Assembly: GCF_052425735.1 (NCBI RefSeq)
Contig: NC_135758.1
Span: 22,134,001 to 22,198,000 of the forward strand
Direction of reading: 5' to 3'
Length of the DNA: 64,000 bases
DNA from: Oculina patagonica
Lineage: Eukaryota
Shown here one piece after another: positions 1-13,445 of this stretch; the first letter of the stretch is position 1; each line of letters starts with the position of its first letter. A program made the position numbers and the translations under genes. The notes under the pieces are model-generated. The model searched no databases, was not told the origin of the DNA, and worked only from the letters and a program-made list of their open reading frames with translations.

Positions 1-1100
1 AATAATTGGTGACAGTTGTGGACAGGTTGATTTAAATGGTTACAAAGTAATGTGGCAGTCCAAGGACCAGAGGAGAGCATAGGGGTGGGGTATTGGAGCG
101 AGTGGAGTACCCTCAAACACATACATTGATCAGTTCTCATCCCCACCATGACTACAAAGGGTACAACAAGCCTTATTTGGGGGAGTACCCCTTGTCTTAT
201 TCATTCCCTTGAATTTCAAATTGGTAAGTTCTTTTGGTGGAAAAAAGGCTTTACTCGCATTTTAGAATTCAATTCTCTTACATGTTTCCTTTACACTCAT
301 TGATGACGACTTTTCTGGAGATCCCAAGCATGAGATTTTTCTCCTTTGGGAAAATAGTTCTACATTTTATGCAAATATTTACTTCCAATATGGCCGCCTT
401 GAAGCGTTCCTCTTCAGCCGAGTTAATATCCTCCACATTTATTTGTGTCGTAATCGATTGCAACTGTTATAAATTATCTAAATTCAGTTTCTTTACGATT
501 TTAAGGAAACTTTGTGCGTTTATATAAATGTGAATTTCTTTAATAGCCCATCTAAACATTTTCGCTTCCAAACTTCAAGCAAAAAAAACGCTAATGTACA
601 GACTTGCGTCAAAAACGATACCTTGTGCTGTTTAAAAGATCGTCGATTTTAGAACCACGACTGAACAGACAGATTTGATTGGTAACAGTAAGTGTTCATT
701 AGAGTTAAACAAGATCGTCAAACTTTTAATACTTTTAATAGTTAGAGTCTTAGTGACAAAACTTGGTAATTAATTGTAATTGATCTAAGCTTGCATGTTG
801 ATTTCATCTAGATTCAATTCACTTCAAGCATCATTTCAGATATAAAAGAAGGAAGAATTTCATTTTTCATGTAAGCTTTTATGCCAGAAATTTAAAGTAC
901 CGGTGCATTTGGTTCTGCAAAGAGTGATTTTCAGTAAGCTTAAGCTTAAGCTTAAGTTGTAAGTAAGGTCATGATCCAAACCGAATTCAAAAGCAAATCG
1001 AGTGAAATGAACATGATGCGTTCGATTCACGCTTCGTAGCGACGGCTTTTATTATTGCTCGGCCGAATTGCAATCTTTTGCACGCAATTAATTTGCTCAC

Positions 1101-1137
1101 CTCTCCTTCCAGCGCCATCTGCTTTCGTTCGTACCAT
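1101..1137 (-). CDS. PCLAF: PCNA-associated factor (PAF15/KIAA0101)-like, coding exon 1 only; rest of gene probably left of the window
   Basis: Minus strand aaaATG GTA CGA ACG AAA GCA GAT GGC GCT GGA AGG AGA G|GTGAGC gives MVRTKADGAGRR, matching the distinctive MVRTKAD N-terminus of PCLAF, followed by a phase-1 donor. No exon 2 (..APRK..) found in 1-1100. Confidence 0.7.
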
Positions 1138-1213
1138 TTTGCTCTATTTAGATGAACTCGAAACAAACTAAACACTGTAGAGCGGGGAAAAGTTAGAAAT
1201 CAAAATGTCTTCC

Positions 1214-1229
1214 TTCGAATATTCGCGCC
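1214..1229 (-). promoter_or_regulatory. CDE/CHR-like cell-cycle element upstream of PCLAF
   Basis: Minus strand GGCGCG-AATA-TTCGAA: GC-rich CDE/E2F-like box, 4-nt spacer and TTCGAA CHR variant. An additional E2F-like GCGGGGAAA lies at ~1181. Confidence 0.5.
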
Positions 1230-1288
1230 TTTTTTATTACGCCTCCCGCCACATGACATCGAGGCTAATCAGTGACCGGAAGTCTAAT

Positions 1289-1302
1289 GTTGTCATGGCA
1301 AC
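1289..1302 (+). promoter_or_regulatory. RFX X-box
   Basis: GTTGTCATGGCAAC, a near-perfect palindromic X-box, just upstream of the putative non-coding first exon (donor TG|GTAAGT at 1423) of a ciliary gene. ETS-type CCGGAAGT at 1276-1283. Confidence 0.7.
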
Positions 1303-1891
1303 TCATGGAGTGAAGGCAAAATAGAAGCCATTTGCAGCGTGAATTTTGATTTGATGACTTTGATTCGCAAACTTTGAAGACCTTTATTTAACGCTCTCCT
1401 TGTTGCTGCTTCCTCTAAACTGGTAAGTTTATACTAAGAGATGTTGAACTTCATATCGATCGTTTGTAGTAAACGGAAAGTTTGCATGATGATTAGAAAA
1501 CGCTCACATTCCAGTTGCGTAGTTTGCAAATACAGCTGTAGTCCTTTATGAGTCAAGAGACTCTTTGTGTACTCAATTTCAATATCAATTTCAAGTTATT
1601 GCTTCCATCAAATAGAAGTTCATATCAGTTCGGTAATCAAACAGTTTTTCCTCCTTGAATACGATATATAAAACTATTTATGTTAACTCAAATATTTAAA
1701 ATGTTGTGAAAGACTCAATGGTTTTGTACATTTCATTAGTTTTGTTTGTTCTAGTAATATCATTACTGTAGTACCATTACAGGTTGCTAATGCTGCAAAA
1801 GGTCTTGTCATTTGAGCTTATTTGTAAAATTATCCTTGCTTTTTTGTTGCAGATAAAATCAATTCATCTTAGAAGATTTGAGGAAAACAAA

Positions 1892-4800
1892 ATGACAGAA
1901 TTGATGAACAAGATTCCTCCTCAGAAAACAGGTTCAGAATTCCTGGTCGCTTCTCATTTTACAATCAGCCATGAGGATCGCTGGGCACCAAATAAGGATC
2001 CACATGTGTACAAGAGTACATTTAAAAAGGACTACCCACCCCTCCCTCTAACTAAAAGGGAACGCATACCTTCCCCCTCTCCTGCAACAATCATGCACAA
2101 AGATGACCGTTATAATGATAAGTGTTCCATGACTCGAGGTCACTTTGTTGAAAAAAGTATTGGGAAACAGGATTATGCAAATTCCACATATGCATTGACA
2201 AAAACGAATTTCAAGATGGATTCTGACAGACAGCTGAAATCATTCCAGACAACGCACAAAGAGTATTATCCAGTTCGACCTCTTGATGAAGCCAGGAACC
2301 CGGCTGCCACAGGAAAAAGTGACTGGATGCGAAGCTATATTCCACAAGGTGTGTTTTTATTGCTCAGCCTTGCAGTGGAGTGCCACGTAAAATAAAGTTC
2401 TATTCAATTTCTATTCTATGGACAACTTGAGTCATGGTCCTGGCTGCACACATGTATTATTATTTAAACTTCAACAAAAATTATTTAGTTGGATTGCAAG
2501 GTTACAATCATGTAAGATGGCAATTGACTGAGAATGGACCATGGGCTTTGTCTCTCACCCCGGTCCCTCACCCATTGTCGACTAACAGTCTTGTTCTTGG
2601 TCACCCATAAACATTATAATTTACAACAAGTAAACACCAGACTTTTAATGGTATGTTGAGGCCCTGCCAGTGTTAATTCCGACAAGCGACACGGCCCAAA
2701 AAGTAGCGACAACACATAAAATAAAATTGCGACAAACAACAATCTTTATGGGAAAAAATCAATTCCGACAAGGACAAGCAATTTTCCTTCAATTTAGTTA
2801 CCGACAGCAACATGAAGAGCGATAAAACAGCGACACGGAACATTTTCAAATTTAGACAAGCGAAGCGAGAACCCCCCTGGCAGGGCCTCTATATTTCATT
2901 TTTATATGTATTTTCAAAGTACTGTACATGTGTATTAATTTCAACACCATTGATAAACTTCAAGCCAAAAAAACTTCCATAACAAGCACCCAGTTCAAAT
3001 ATTTAAAATGATTAATTGACTTTTGGACCTTGTTATGTAGGTGACAAAGAGAAAGAGCTTTGGCCACACTCAGACTACCGAAGTAAGTTCTTAGGCAAAC
3101 AGCTGAGTAAAAGAGATGTTGTGAAGCCTGTTGACGGTCCACCCACTATAACTGGGGATGCAAGAACACACCACTTGGGACAATTTACAACAACTACCAA
3201 GTCAGAGTTTGTTGGACGCTATCTGCAGAGACAACAGCTTATGGATCCTGCTTTGAGGGTAAGTTGATAACAAAATCAAAGTGAATGTTTTAAGAGTTAT
3301 TACTTTCTTGAGGAAATCATTAAAATTCATCTTTTGGCATAGTTTTTGCAGAGTTTCCGCTAAATTAATTTGTTTTTAATTTTTTTTGGATCTTGGTTTC
3401 AAAATGTATTCTTTCTTTGCTCGGCCTTATTTACCAAAATTATATTTTTTTAGAAAAAATAACTTTTTTAATTGAAAATAATTATTAATAATTATAGTTT
3501 TTTATATATATTTCTTTTTGATTTAAACTGTTAAACACTCAGGTACTCCAGCCTGACCTGTGGCAGTCATTTTGCAGTGTTTGCGAAAGTGTAAAATATT
3601 TGTACACTGAAAAAAATATTATTATTGTTGAAACCAGAAATTTTATCCAGACATTTTTTTCTTTTGATGCCGTTGTTTGGCGAAATAAAATCAACAACAG
3701 TTCTAACTGTGCCACTGACAACTGTGAGCAAATTGGTCCTGGTTCTATACTTTAGTTTAAAAGTTTCAGTAATTTTATACCAGTAACTCTTTTTGATAAA
3801 TAACAGGATAGAGGATCAAGCATTCCTCAAGGTGATCAGGAAAAGTGTAATTACTTGACTTCAACCCAACAAGAATCCTTCAGAAGACCAAGCTTTAAAG
3901 ACTTCACACCTTTTGACAGAGAAGATGCTGTCCATAAACTACGGAGAACAACCTTCCAACTGGGTGACAGGCGTGTTCCTGGACACTTGAGGACCACTGC
4001 AGCAGAATCTTATCCTTCACGTTTAATGCCCAGTAAGCTGACCTGATAAAACTAGCTCTAGCTAGTGCATATGAAATGATTTTTTGGCTTTAAAACAAAA
4101 GAAATCTATAAAAATTATAAGCCTAGTTTTCATAGAAATATTGCAGGCAAAAAAATTGCGATCATTTGGAAGCACACTTCTGGGATTGCCTTCAATCATC
4201 TCTCACAACTGCAGGATTTGCCATGTCATATCCTCCACAATCACCTACTATTCTCTGTGCCCGGGGGGGGGGGGTACTCCCTATAATGGCCTAGGGAGGC
4301 TCCGCCCGAAAGGGGTACCTTTTTCAGGCTTAAGGTGTATGAAAGCGTAGGGATTTTTCAAGTTTTGGTATACGAAAGGGTATGGAAATCTGCCATTTAG
4401 GCATTTAAAAGGGCCTTTAATTAAAATATTTCGAACAGACGTCATTTACGGCTGTATTATTTTAATGTATTAAGCGCTACATGAAAATGACAAGAAAACG
4501 TCCTGTTCTAAGTCTATTCCATGTCTTTTAGGTACATGAAAGGGGTACCCTTTTTCAGTAAAAGGTATACGAAAGGGGTACAATTTCTGTTAAAAATGGT
4601 ATATAAAAGGGTAAGGGGTCAGAGCTCGGGGCGGAGCCTCCCTGTATAAAACTTTTTTGAATGCCCCCCCCCCCCCCTGGGTCTCTGTGATCTTATGATT
4701 GAAAGGACCTTAAAAACAAATTTTGACAAATTTATCTAAAATTTTAATAATTTGGGAAAGTTGAAGAATTGACAGTATATGGCAAAATTATGGTAGAAAT

Positions 4801-6575
4801 TATATAGCTTTCATTTAAATGGCCACACTTTGGGGTTTCATTCACATAAAGTAATTACCGGTAATATATTAAGAGATTTTGCTGGCCATCAAATATTCAA
4901 TTTAGACCTTTCCTTTTTCAAACCACAGATTAAACTTAAACTCAATGCAATATTTTCTTCATTGATAACAAAGTGGTGAATTATATTTGAACATTGTGTT
5001 TTGCCTTCTTAAATAAAAAGATCCAAAAAACTCTTTTGAACAAAATTAACAAATAATAGCTTTTCTGAAAAATTTTAACAGTAGGTGCTATTATTTGTTG
5101 CAGACAAAAATATTTCTGCCAACCTTGACATGGGAAAGAGCAGCTTTCCTGAAGGAGACATGGATCCATTAAGATCTCACGAGAGAGTCAGCGTAACTAC
5201 CAATGACGTCTTCTATGGGAAGCCTGCACTTGGATTTAGAAATAAAATAGTCGATGGTTCTCATCTGAGGACTGAATCACACGTGGATCTGGGTGCGGCA
5301 AGAGGAGCACGCTTTTACGACACTTCAATGAAGTCTGACTTTAAAGCAATATCAGTCCCTTACAAGAAAGCTGCACCAGGATTGACGACGAACAGCAGCA
5401 TCCCGTTGGATTATTACAGTAAGTACTTGAGTTTGGATAATTCCAATATTTTAGTCATGTTATGGATGATTACAGCCAATTTATAAGGAACTAATTCCAG
5501 GGTGGATATTCTGCAAGAATTTGCCTGGGTGGGGGTGAGCAGCACACTTCCTGAAACCCTTTTGTTGACTTTTGCTATTTCAGATCAAAATAAGTGATTT
5601 TCCCTACCTTGAGACTTGACCAAAAAATCAATACCCTATTTCAGACTTTAAATTCCTGACACTTTTAAATTTTCACACTTTTTCTTCTTCGTAAAAGTAA
5701 TTTTTTGACGAATATCCATGCATTGTACCTAATTGATGACCAAAGTACAGAAACCCTACCCCTGTTCTACAGCTCAACAGCCATACCCTTTGGCGCTGCG
5801 GTACACCTACCCCAGCCCCGCCCTCCCCGGAAGTAACCACTGATAAGTTGAAAGTAACATGTTGTACATAAGTGCACAGTGTTCGTAGTAACTGTAATTT
5901 GATTCTTTTATTTTCTTTAGGTGGTGCACCTGTTACCATGCCAACAAGCTGGAGTGATTTTCCATCACATGCTGGTGTTCCAAAACTCATTCCCAACCCT
6001 GTAGCTGTTGATAATGTAAGTTGGAATCTAATTCATAGAATAAATTGAATAAAGCTTTCATACAATGTAAATGCTAAGCACTGCAAGTAAAGTCTGCATA
6101 ATTTTTGAGCCTAGTGGTTAAACAGGCCAGACCTTACCTTAGCATAAAGCGACTAGGAATATGTCTACTTCCCCCTGGATGGGTTGCTGGTCCATTGCAG
6201 GGTTACCCCACAGCATTAAATAAATTTCACTGCTACCCATTTATACAACCGGTATATATAAGAGAAACTATGGGAGTGAAGTGTCTTGCCCAAGGCAAGA
6301 ACAACACACAGTTACCCCAGCCAGAGCTCAAACCCAGACCACTCAATCTAGAGTCTAGTAGTGCACTAACCATGGTACCACAGTGTAAAACAATCTCTCT
6401 TTTCTTTCAACAGCTTAAAAAATCACACATTAAACCTCCAATTCCAGAGGAAAGAGAATTCAGCACAACACACCAAAGAACGTACACACCAAAAAGGACT
6501 TCAAGAAGAAGCGTTGATGCTGGCAGCTTGCAGCGCAGCTCTGTCCCACTGGGAACCTTATATACTTATGTTTGA
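1892..6575 (+). CDS. SAXO5: TEX45/SAXO5-like axonemal microtubule inner protein (~490 aa, 6 coding exons)
   Basis: Exons 1892-2348, 3041-3258, 3807-4032, 5104-5418, 5921-6015, 6414-6575 join in frame with GT-AG introns (1473 nt). N-terminal FLVASHF and repeated S/T-T-x-K/Q-x-D/E-F/Y (Mn-motif-like) and IPQGD motifs. X-box in promoter; AATAAA at ~6830. Confidence 0.7.
2658..2889. mobile_element. Non-autonomous TIR element (MITE)
   Basis: 13-bp TIRs GAGGCCCTGCCAG...CTGGCAGGGCCTC with internal CGACA subrepeats. Confidence 0.6.
4260..4681. mobile_element. MITE with 8-bp target-site duplication
   Basis: Termini CCCGGGGGGG.../...CCCCCCCTGGG; TCTCTGTG duplicated at 4252-4259 and 4682-4689; internal AAAGGGGTAC subrepeats. 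Confidence 0.75.
6085..6381 (-). mobile_element. tRNA-derived CORE-type SINE
   Basis: Minus strand has an A/B-box-like head (TGGTTAGTGCAC...GGTTTGAGCTCTGG) followed by MIR/CORE-like CCTTGGGCAAGACACTTCACTC. Accounts for the spurious N-terminus of ORF 6105..6575. Confidence 0.6.
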
Positions 6576-8021
6576 TTGTTGTCAAGTACAAGTTCTTCAA
6601 ACATGTAAAGTAGTTAAGTTTGTATAAGTCAGATAAAGTGTGTCCACCAGGAACAAGTATTTATCTGTATTGTACCAGTCAACATGCATGTAGAAGATGC
6701 TGTTTAGTACTGCTAGAATTAGTTACAGTTACACAACTGTGTACTTTCATTACACTCAAGGGATGGTTGCAACTGTAAAGAACATAATGTAAAGTAGAGA
6801 TGCACATATATTGTACTGTCCCACTTTTAAATAAAATCTTTTTTTATTATTTTGTAAATAAATATAAGATGGTGTGTTTTACTCTCTGTCAACAATTTGG
6901 TACATGTCAGTCTGGTGTTAATCCTTTAGAGTAAAAAGGATTCCACAACTTTTTAGTATAAAAATATAATATTTCCAACTTTTTGGTCTGTCTGATATCT
7001 GAAAGACGTGTTTGGGTCAGGTAGCAGCTTTCGCAAGGTCTCCACATTAATGGCTGGCTACCCTGTGAGAGAACAATAGAACAAACAAAAGGAACAATGC
7101 CCCTAGCCCCAAAAACAATAGCAACTGCTACACTAAAGGACTAGTAGAATTATGAGCTTACAAGAGCTGCTACACTACTGGCATGTTTTGGTGGCTGTTA
7201 GCATTGAAAACTGTTCTGTAATAACAATACTGTGAAGTCTTTAAGTATCAACCCTTGTGTCTCATTACTGATGATCTGTGCAGTCATTCCTGGTCAGTTT
7301 GTGAGGGTATTATGTAATGTTAAGAGAGAGAGTGACAAGAACCGCGGTGAGACTGAACCGACACGCAAACCAGGACTCACTGCACAAAAGAGGGGCCAGA
7401 TGGCGAGGGCATCAGAAGACACCAACTATTTATTTCTTTTTCATGATTATTAATGAGTTTTTAAGTACATGTCGAAGTCTACATAAAGGAAAAAAAAAAC
7501 TAATCTGACAGAACCTTGGCTGACAGACTGTCAGATTGAATGGCAAGTACCTTCAGCATTTTCCCAGAAACACACCAAGCTGTAAAATTCCAAACAGTAT
7601 TGCCAAAAATGATAATGATAAATTTACAATTAAACTAGTAATAATCAGAGATTATTGGAGTGCGTTCGACCCAAGATAGATACACATAATAAGGCTAGCA
7701 AACGTAATCCGAGTTACACGACTGTTTATATCGTCATACAAATTTAAAACGACAGCGTGTGCAACATAAAGCGCGCATCCAACATCACTCGAAACTATCA
7801 GAGAAACAATCTCAATCCAACAGTGCACGAGGCAGCACAGCAATTTTTTTACTTCTGTTAAAAGGAGGACTGCCGAAACGTTTATTTTTCAGCACAACTT
7901 ACAGGGCAAACTCGCAAACGCAAACCGAAGGAGATCGTTAGAACGAATCAACCTCGCTCCCAGGGTCTCTCGCAAAAAAACTGCGACATCATTAATTAGC
8001 CAACCTGCCACAAACCAAGAT

Positions 8022-8360
8022 ACATAGAACGACACATAAAACGACTTTCACTGGACAGCCACGGGACCACACGCCACCACAAGATTAGGATTTGTTTTCC
8101 TACCGTCGAACACAAAAATTGTTTACAGACTAGCGTTTTCGGCTTCATGAATTGTTTTTGCGCACGCTGTCTTTGTTGACGTTGCTGTGACGCAATTAAT
8201 TGCTTTCTAATGTCTCATCACTTGAGATCGAGGCCAACTTGCCACATACCGACATACATAATACCACACATAGAACCACTTTCGCTTGTGCGTTCACAGG
8301 ACAACCACGGGGCCACAGGCCACCGCAAGATTAGGATGCGTTCTCCTACCGTCGAACGCA
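8022..8360. repeat. Two diverged ~90-bp direct repeats
   Basis: ACATAGAAC...GGACA(G/A)CCACGGG(A/G)CCACA(C/G)GCCACC(A/G)CAAGATTAGGAT...CCTACCGTCGAAC at ~8022-8110 and ~8268-8357. Confidence 0.6.
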
Positions 8361-9558
8361 ATTATTGTTCCAAAGTTTTTTCCATTGAATTTTTGTTGAA
8401 CTTCAGTACATTTACACAAAATTATGCAATATACATCTTTTGACTGGTCAGGAATCAAATGCAGACATAGTTTTCTAGTGCCTTTGATAGCGACTTTCTG
8501 GAAAGTGTCAGACCACCGTAGTTTTCAAATCCCTTTAAGTTATAGTGTCAGAGGGGTGATTGAGACATTTGCCTAGAGGAGCCATGAATAATCACAGATT
8601 CATCAAATTAGAAATTTTTAAGTACCGGTATAATCTTGTAGGTAATTTATAGGGTTTGCACTATCTGTGATGTAATCCAGACACCCTACATCTATTAGAC
8701 TAGAGGGTATAGGTAAATTCATTCTCGTCCCCATAGCCCCGCCAGCGGGGGCGCGGGAAAGCCAGACAGGACCCAGGGCGCAGAGAAGAGAGCACGACCC
8801 GGGACGCCCAAAAAATGACACCATCCCCAGAGCCCCGCGCAGGGCAAGAGAAACGAGGGGGGGAGAGAATGAGGTAAATTCTATCTGAAACTTGATGCAC
8901 ATGAGCCACTGGGCCAATAAAACCATAAACCTTGCTTACTCAACTTTCAGACTTTTGCATGGAGTAAGTATCAAGTTAGATATAAATAAAAGAAAAGGAG
9001 GCACATGACAAGCAAGAACATTAACCAAGGTCCAGAGCTTCCAACCCTTGTCAACATGTTGCTAATTTAAAGACTAACCATGTAGTTGATGTATTCCATT
9101 GTTCTAGTGTTTACCAAGGCTATGCTTTGCATGACCATGTTAGTTGGTATCCTAAAGCTGCCAACTTGGGTGATGCAAGAGCACAAGAGGAAGTCAAGAA
9201 AATTAAGTCTGAAACTAAGTTATTTAAAATATATTTTATTTGTTTCAAACCCTGGGATTTTGAGTACCCATTTACACTTGCACTTTGTCTTTGATATTTG
9301 TTCTTAATTACAGTAGTTGAAAAATCATTAACCGTAAACAGCCGTGGTCAAATGCATTTACCTTGCAATGTCCTTCAACTAAAACAAAGCAACTCGACAC
9401 AGAAACTCAAGAAAACACATCCTTAACTTTTGTGAAAACCTGATCTAAAAACAACTGGCAACAAATTTACTCATTGATTCTCACAGAACACATCAACGCA
9501 AAGATACAAGTACATCCAAAATGTTTCTCTTGCCTCTGGACACATTAATTTCGTGTTA

Positions 9559-11355
9559 TTACAACTTTTCAACTTGTATAGGCATAGGTGTAACCCATTT
9601 ATCTGTGTGATACACACTCTCTCCAACTTTCCAATCAGGAACATCCTTCATAATCTGTGCTTCAAGCTCTTCATTTTCTTTTAGTAATCGCAAACACCTA
9701 AAAATAGAGAAAATAATAGTTAAAGCAAAAAGTTTTAAGGACATTATTGATTGCATTGTTGGTTTTCATATGAACCAAACAAACACTTGACAGCAAAATT
9801 AATTTTGCTTGTCATTCAAAAACTGCCCTTCAGAGTTAAATGATTAGAGTTAAGCATAGCAGTGCAATACCAACTGATCTGCACCCAAGGGACCAGCATA
9901 GGTTCTTTGCACGACCCGGTCACATGGTACAAAATCAGCCATGCTGGGCCTTAAAGGACCCTTGTAGTCAGCCATGCCTTTCTTTTTGTTTACATACGCG
10001 AATTTCGGTATTATATTTTTTGCAGAGCGTGTCTTCAGTAAATAGGTCAATGTGAAACTGCCAAAAGTAATTAAACAGACTTCAAGTGCAACAGGATTTC
10101 GCTTTGCCATACAGTTGTCTTAATTTTGATGGCATCGAAAATGGCGGAGGCTGACTAGGACCCTTTAAGTTCAAGTGATAAATTTCACTCCAAACAAACA
10201 AAAGAATGATAGAAAAACTAGTCAAAATATGCACCGATAATTTTGAAAAGCATCAGGGTTTTCATTAAGAATTGTAATAGCAGGAGAATAGCGTATAGTA
10301 ACCGGAGAATGATTTTTAAAGGTTCCGCATCTTTATAAAAAAATAGTTTCAGGCCTTTGAAATTTAGCCGGAGAATTCTACATAGTAGAAGGCGAATTCT
10401 TATCTTATCTTATCTTATCTTATCTTCTCCGATCTCCGATGCCTATTGAAGCATTTGTGGCAGTTTAAGACATCAGTAAAGCAAATGCACAAGGATTTAG
10501 ATGACAAAGAATTTAGAATTTAGATGGCAAAGAAAATGTCGGAAGCTGACTAGGATCCTATAAGTTGCACAATGGGACATTCAAACTAAAGGAAGGTCAA
10601 GCTTGACTGGGCTGAGTCACTTTGTTCTGAATGTCCCACTGTGTGTTTTGCGGCCCAACATGGCTGATTTTGTATCATGTGTCTGGGTCATGCAAAGGGG
10701 CTGTTGCATCTTGTTCCTAGTACTATTCTAATCTAACTCTCAGTTAATTGAGATTTGACATTTTAAAAAATTTCGAAGTTATAAGTTACAGATATTAAAA
10801 TGAATGCACTTTCTTATCATACATACTTTCTGTCATGCTCTGCTTGCAGAAGTGGTAGCACTCCAATTCTGGCATATCTTTGCTCCTTCAGGAGTTCGCT
10901 GTAGGTTACAAAAACAAGAAATAACATAGAGTTAACTTGTAAATTTAATTTATACAAACCCCGGATACAAACATCAATAAATGTTGTAAGAAATTAACTT
11001 GGCCTCGCCAAACATGTACAAATTTTACCTCCAGCTTTAAATGAAAATAGTTTTATTAATATTTTTTGTTCATTTGGTTTCGTTAGACGAAGTTTAGCAT
11101 AGACAAATTAGAAACAAAAGCAATCAATGCAATATCGAATAGAGACAACACAACACACACACACACATACCAACGTTGTCTGTTTCCCATGATAACCTTA
11201 TAAAATCCGAAGGCCATTACGGCAGCTCCACCTATAAACAATGCCAAACCAGACGGACCTCTCTTTGGTATATTCCTAGCGAATTCTATGGGAGGATAAC
11301 CACCTTTTGGCGGCAATTCTTGCTTCACCGCCTGTTTCACCAAGGAGGACGCCAT
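9559..11355 (-). CDS. NDUFA13: NADH dehydrogenase 1 alpha subcomplex subunit 13 (GRIM-19), 131 aa, 3 exons
   Basis: Exons 11355-11171, 10898-10827, 9697-9559 join in frame: [24 protein letters not shown], a TM segment, [15 protein letters not shown] and [20 protein letters not shown]. Confidence 0.95.
9899..10702. mobile_element. TIR element in NDUFA13 intron 2
   Basis: ~50-bp imperfect inverted repeats (CTTTGCACGACCCGGTCACATGGTACAAAATCAGCCATGCTGGGCC at ~9906-9950; reverse complement at ~10652-10698); internal (TTATC)n. Confidence 0.6.
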
Positions 11356-13445
11356 TTTGGTTTTCACCACGATTCTGGTTCCCAGTCTTCTGCGGAATAG
11401 GCATGCAAAGCGTTCATATACCACAAGAGGGGCCCTGGCTACAAGGTTTTCGATTGCATTTCGAGTGCGAGATCGTAGCGCGAGAAAGCAGCACGAAAAC
11501 CTTTTTTTGGAAAAGAATATGCCCTGTAGAAAGAAATAGATCTTGTTGAACTAGCTTTTTCGGCGCGAAAAGGAAAAAAATCGGTCGAGTTCCCTTTTAC
11601 CAAGTCTGTTGACTGAACCAAAGGCGTGATCTACAGTCGTGCGAAAAATAAACAGCGAATATTCTTATCGTGAAACAGTTTGCCATAAATTAAAGGAACC
11701 GAAGTATCTAAAGACATCGATCTTACCTTCCTCAGTAGTACCTAAAAAAACGTTTAATTTAATTTCAATCTATGTCTGTAATGATGTGAGGATTCGACAG
11801 CCACTACCGGTATATATATCTTGAGGGTAAGGAAGATTAAATTAATCATACTCATTGTACAGGAGCAATGCACACAGCGGTTAAACTGCGGCTTTACAAG
11901 CTGCCGCTGTTAACATCTAAAATTTCTGAAATACTCCAGTTAAGACAGCTAATGAAAAGATAAGTTTCGTATGCCGCCAGATGCATAGAGGCACATTTAC
12001 GCTTAAAACCCTTGCAAACTTCAAGGCAACGAAAACCAAAAGATGCGTTTGATTCAGTTTAATGATTGACAATTGTAAATAAACAATGTGTATCTTTCAT
12101 TTCAAGAAAATAACTTGGATCAGCCAATATATGATACATATTTTAGCCATCGGAAAGTAGTAACCCATAGAATCATGATAGAATAGCCTCCCATGCATTC
12201 GTTTTTAGGGAAGCAGTGAAATACGATCGCCACTCAAAACGACAGTGTGCGAAGCTACCCATAGAAAGACTGCCCGGAAAGAAACGAGAAGAAACTTTTA
12301 TGCTAAATCTGGAAAAACAAGGATCGTTTTTGTCGGAGCTTTTCGGTTAAGCCTATTCAGGTGAAAGTTTCTAATTACTCTGACAATATTAGTTACTACA
12401 ACTTTTTCCTAACACTAAGCAATTTGCGCTCCCCTCTACCCCAAATTTTAACTCATTGCTTAACCAGTTTTTCTCAAAGCGCGCCACTGTCGAACAGCGA
12501 ACAGGCATCTGGCTCTCTCCTTCGCAGAGGCTTCTTTAGTGGAGTCAGTGGAGTTAGAAAATGCAAAAAAAAAAAACACGAAAATGAAAAAGGGGAGCGC
12601 AGGGGACGATGGGAAGAGAGATTACTTCCTCCCTTTCCAGTGTCTCCGACAGTGTCTCCGGCCTCCCGGCTTTCTTTTTCTCTTCCCAGGCTCCGCGCGC
12701 TTACTTTTCACCTCCCCCCATTTCCCATAGGCTCGATTTCCGCCGCCTTTTCCCGAAAAGCGCCTGGAAATCGAGCCTACATTTTCCAGCCCGTACGAAA
12801 GAAAAGAGGCCTTTGCGGAGGAGGGAGGGCATGTCGTACTCAGATTTGAATATGTTGCATATTTTAGCCATCGGAAAGTAGTAACCCATATTCTTACAGT
12901 AATTTTAAATGCACGGCTAGTACGACGACACTTGTGTTGGACAATTTATTTGGCCAATATTTCGACTAGTCAACTAGTCTTCTTATGGGTTACCCATAGT
13001 AACCCATATTCTTAACCCATATTCTTAGGCTATTCTTAGGCTATTTCTATGGTGACTATAAAGTCAAATTTAGTGTGACTCATTTATTTGTAAGTTACAG
13101 TCGATCAACAACAATCAGTTTAAAAACTTCAAAGTAAGCATTATGCTTACATTCCAATTTTATCAAATAATTTTTTTTGGTGGAAGAATGTTCCAAGATC
13201 CTTTCCTTTTTTCCCGTAGGGAATCTGCTTGAAGCGTAAAAATACAACCGCCATGCTCCTCAGTGGTTACGCACTGGAATGTCACGCAACAGTCCTTGCG
13301 GTGTTGCGTGACGCACGTTTGTGTCGCCTCGGAGATATCCCTTCGCAGCCGTTATTTGGTTTGTCACGGAATGCTCCTTTCCAAGAGAAGCAATGCGTGA
13401 CTAATCAAATAACGGCGGGGAAAGGAAGTGACGTTCGGAGTATCT

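Noticed and set aside
234-660. Short minus-strand exon-like segments and ORFs 234..527 and 278..463
   Set aside because: They could not be joined in phase to PCLAF exon 1 or matched to a family; probably intronic.
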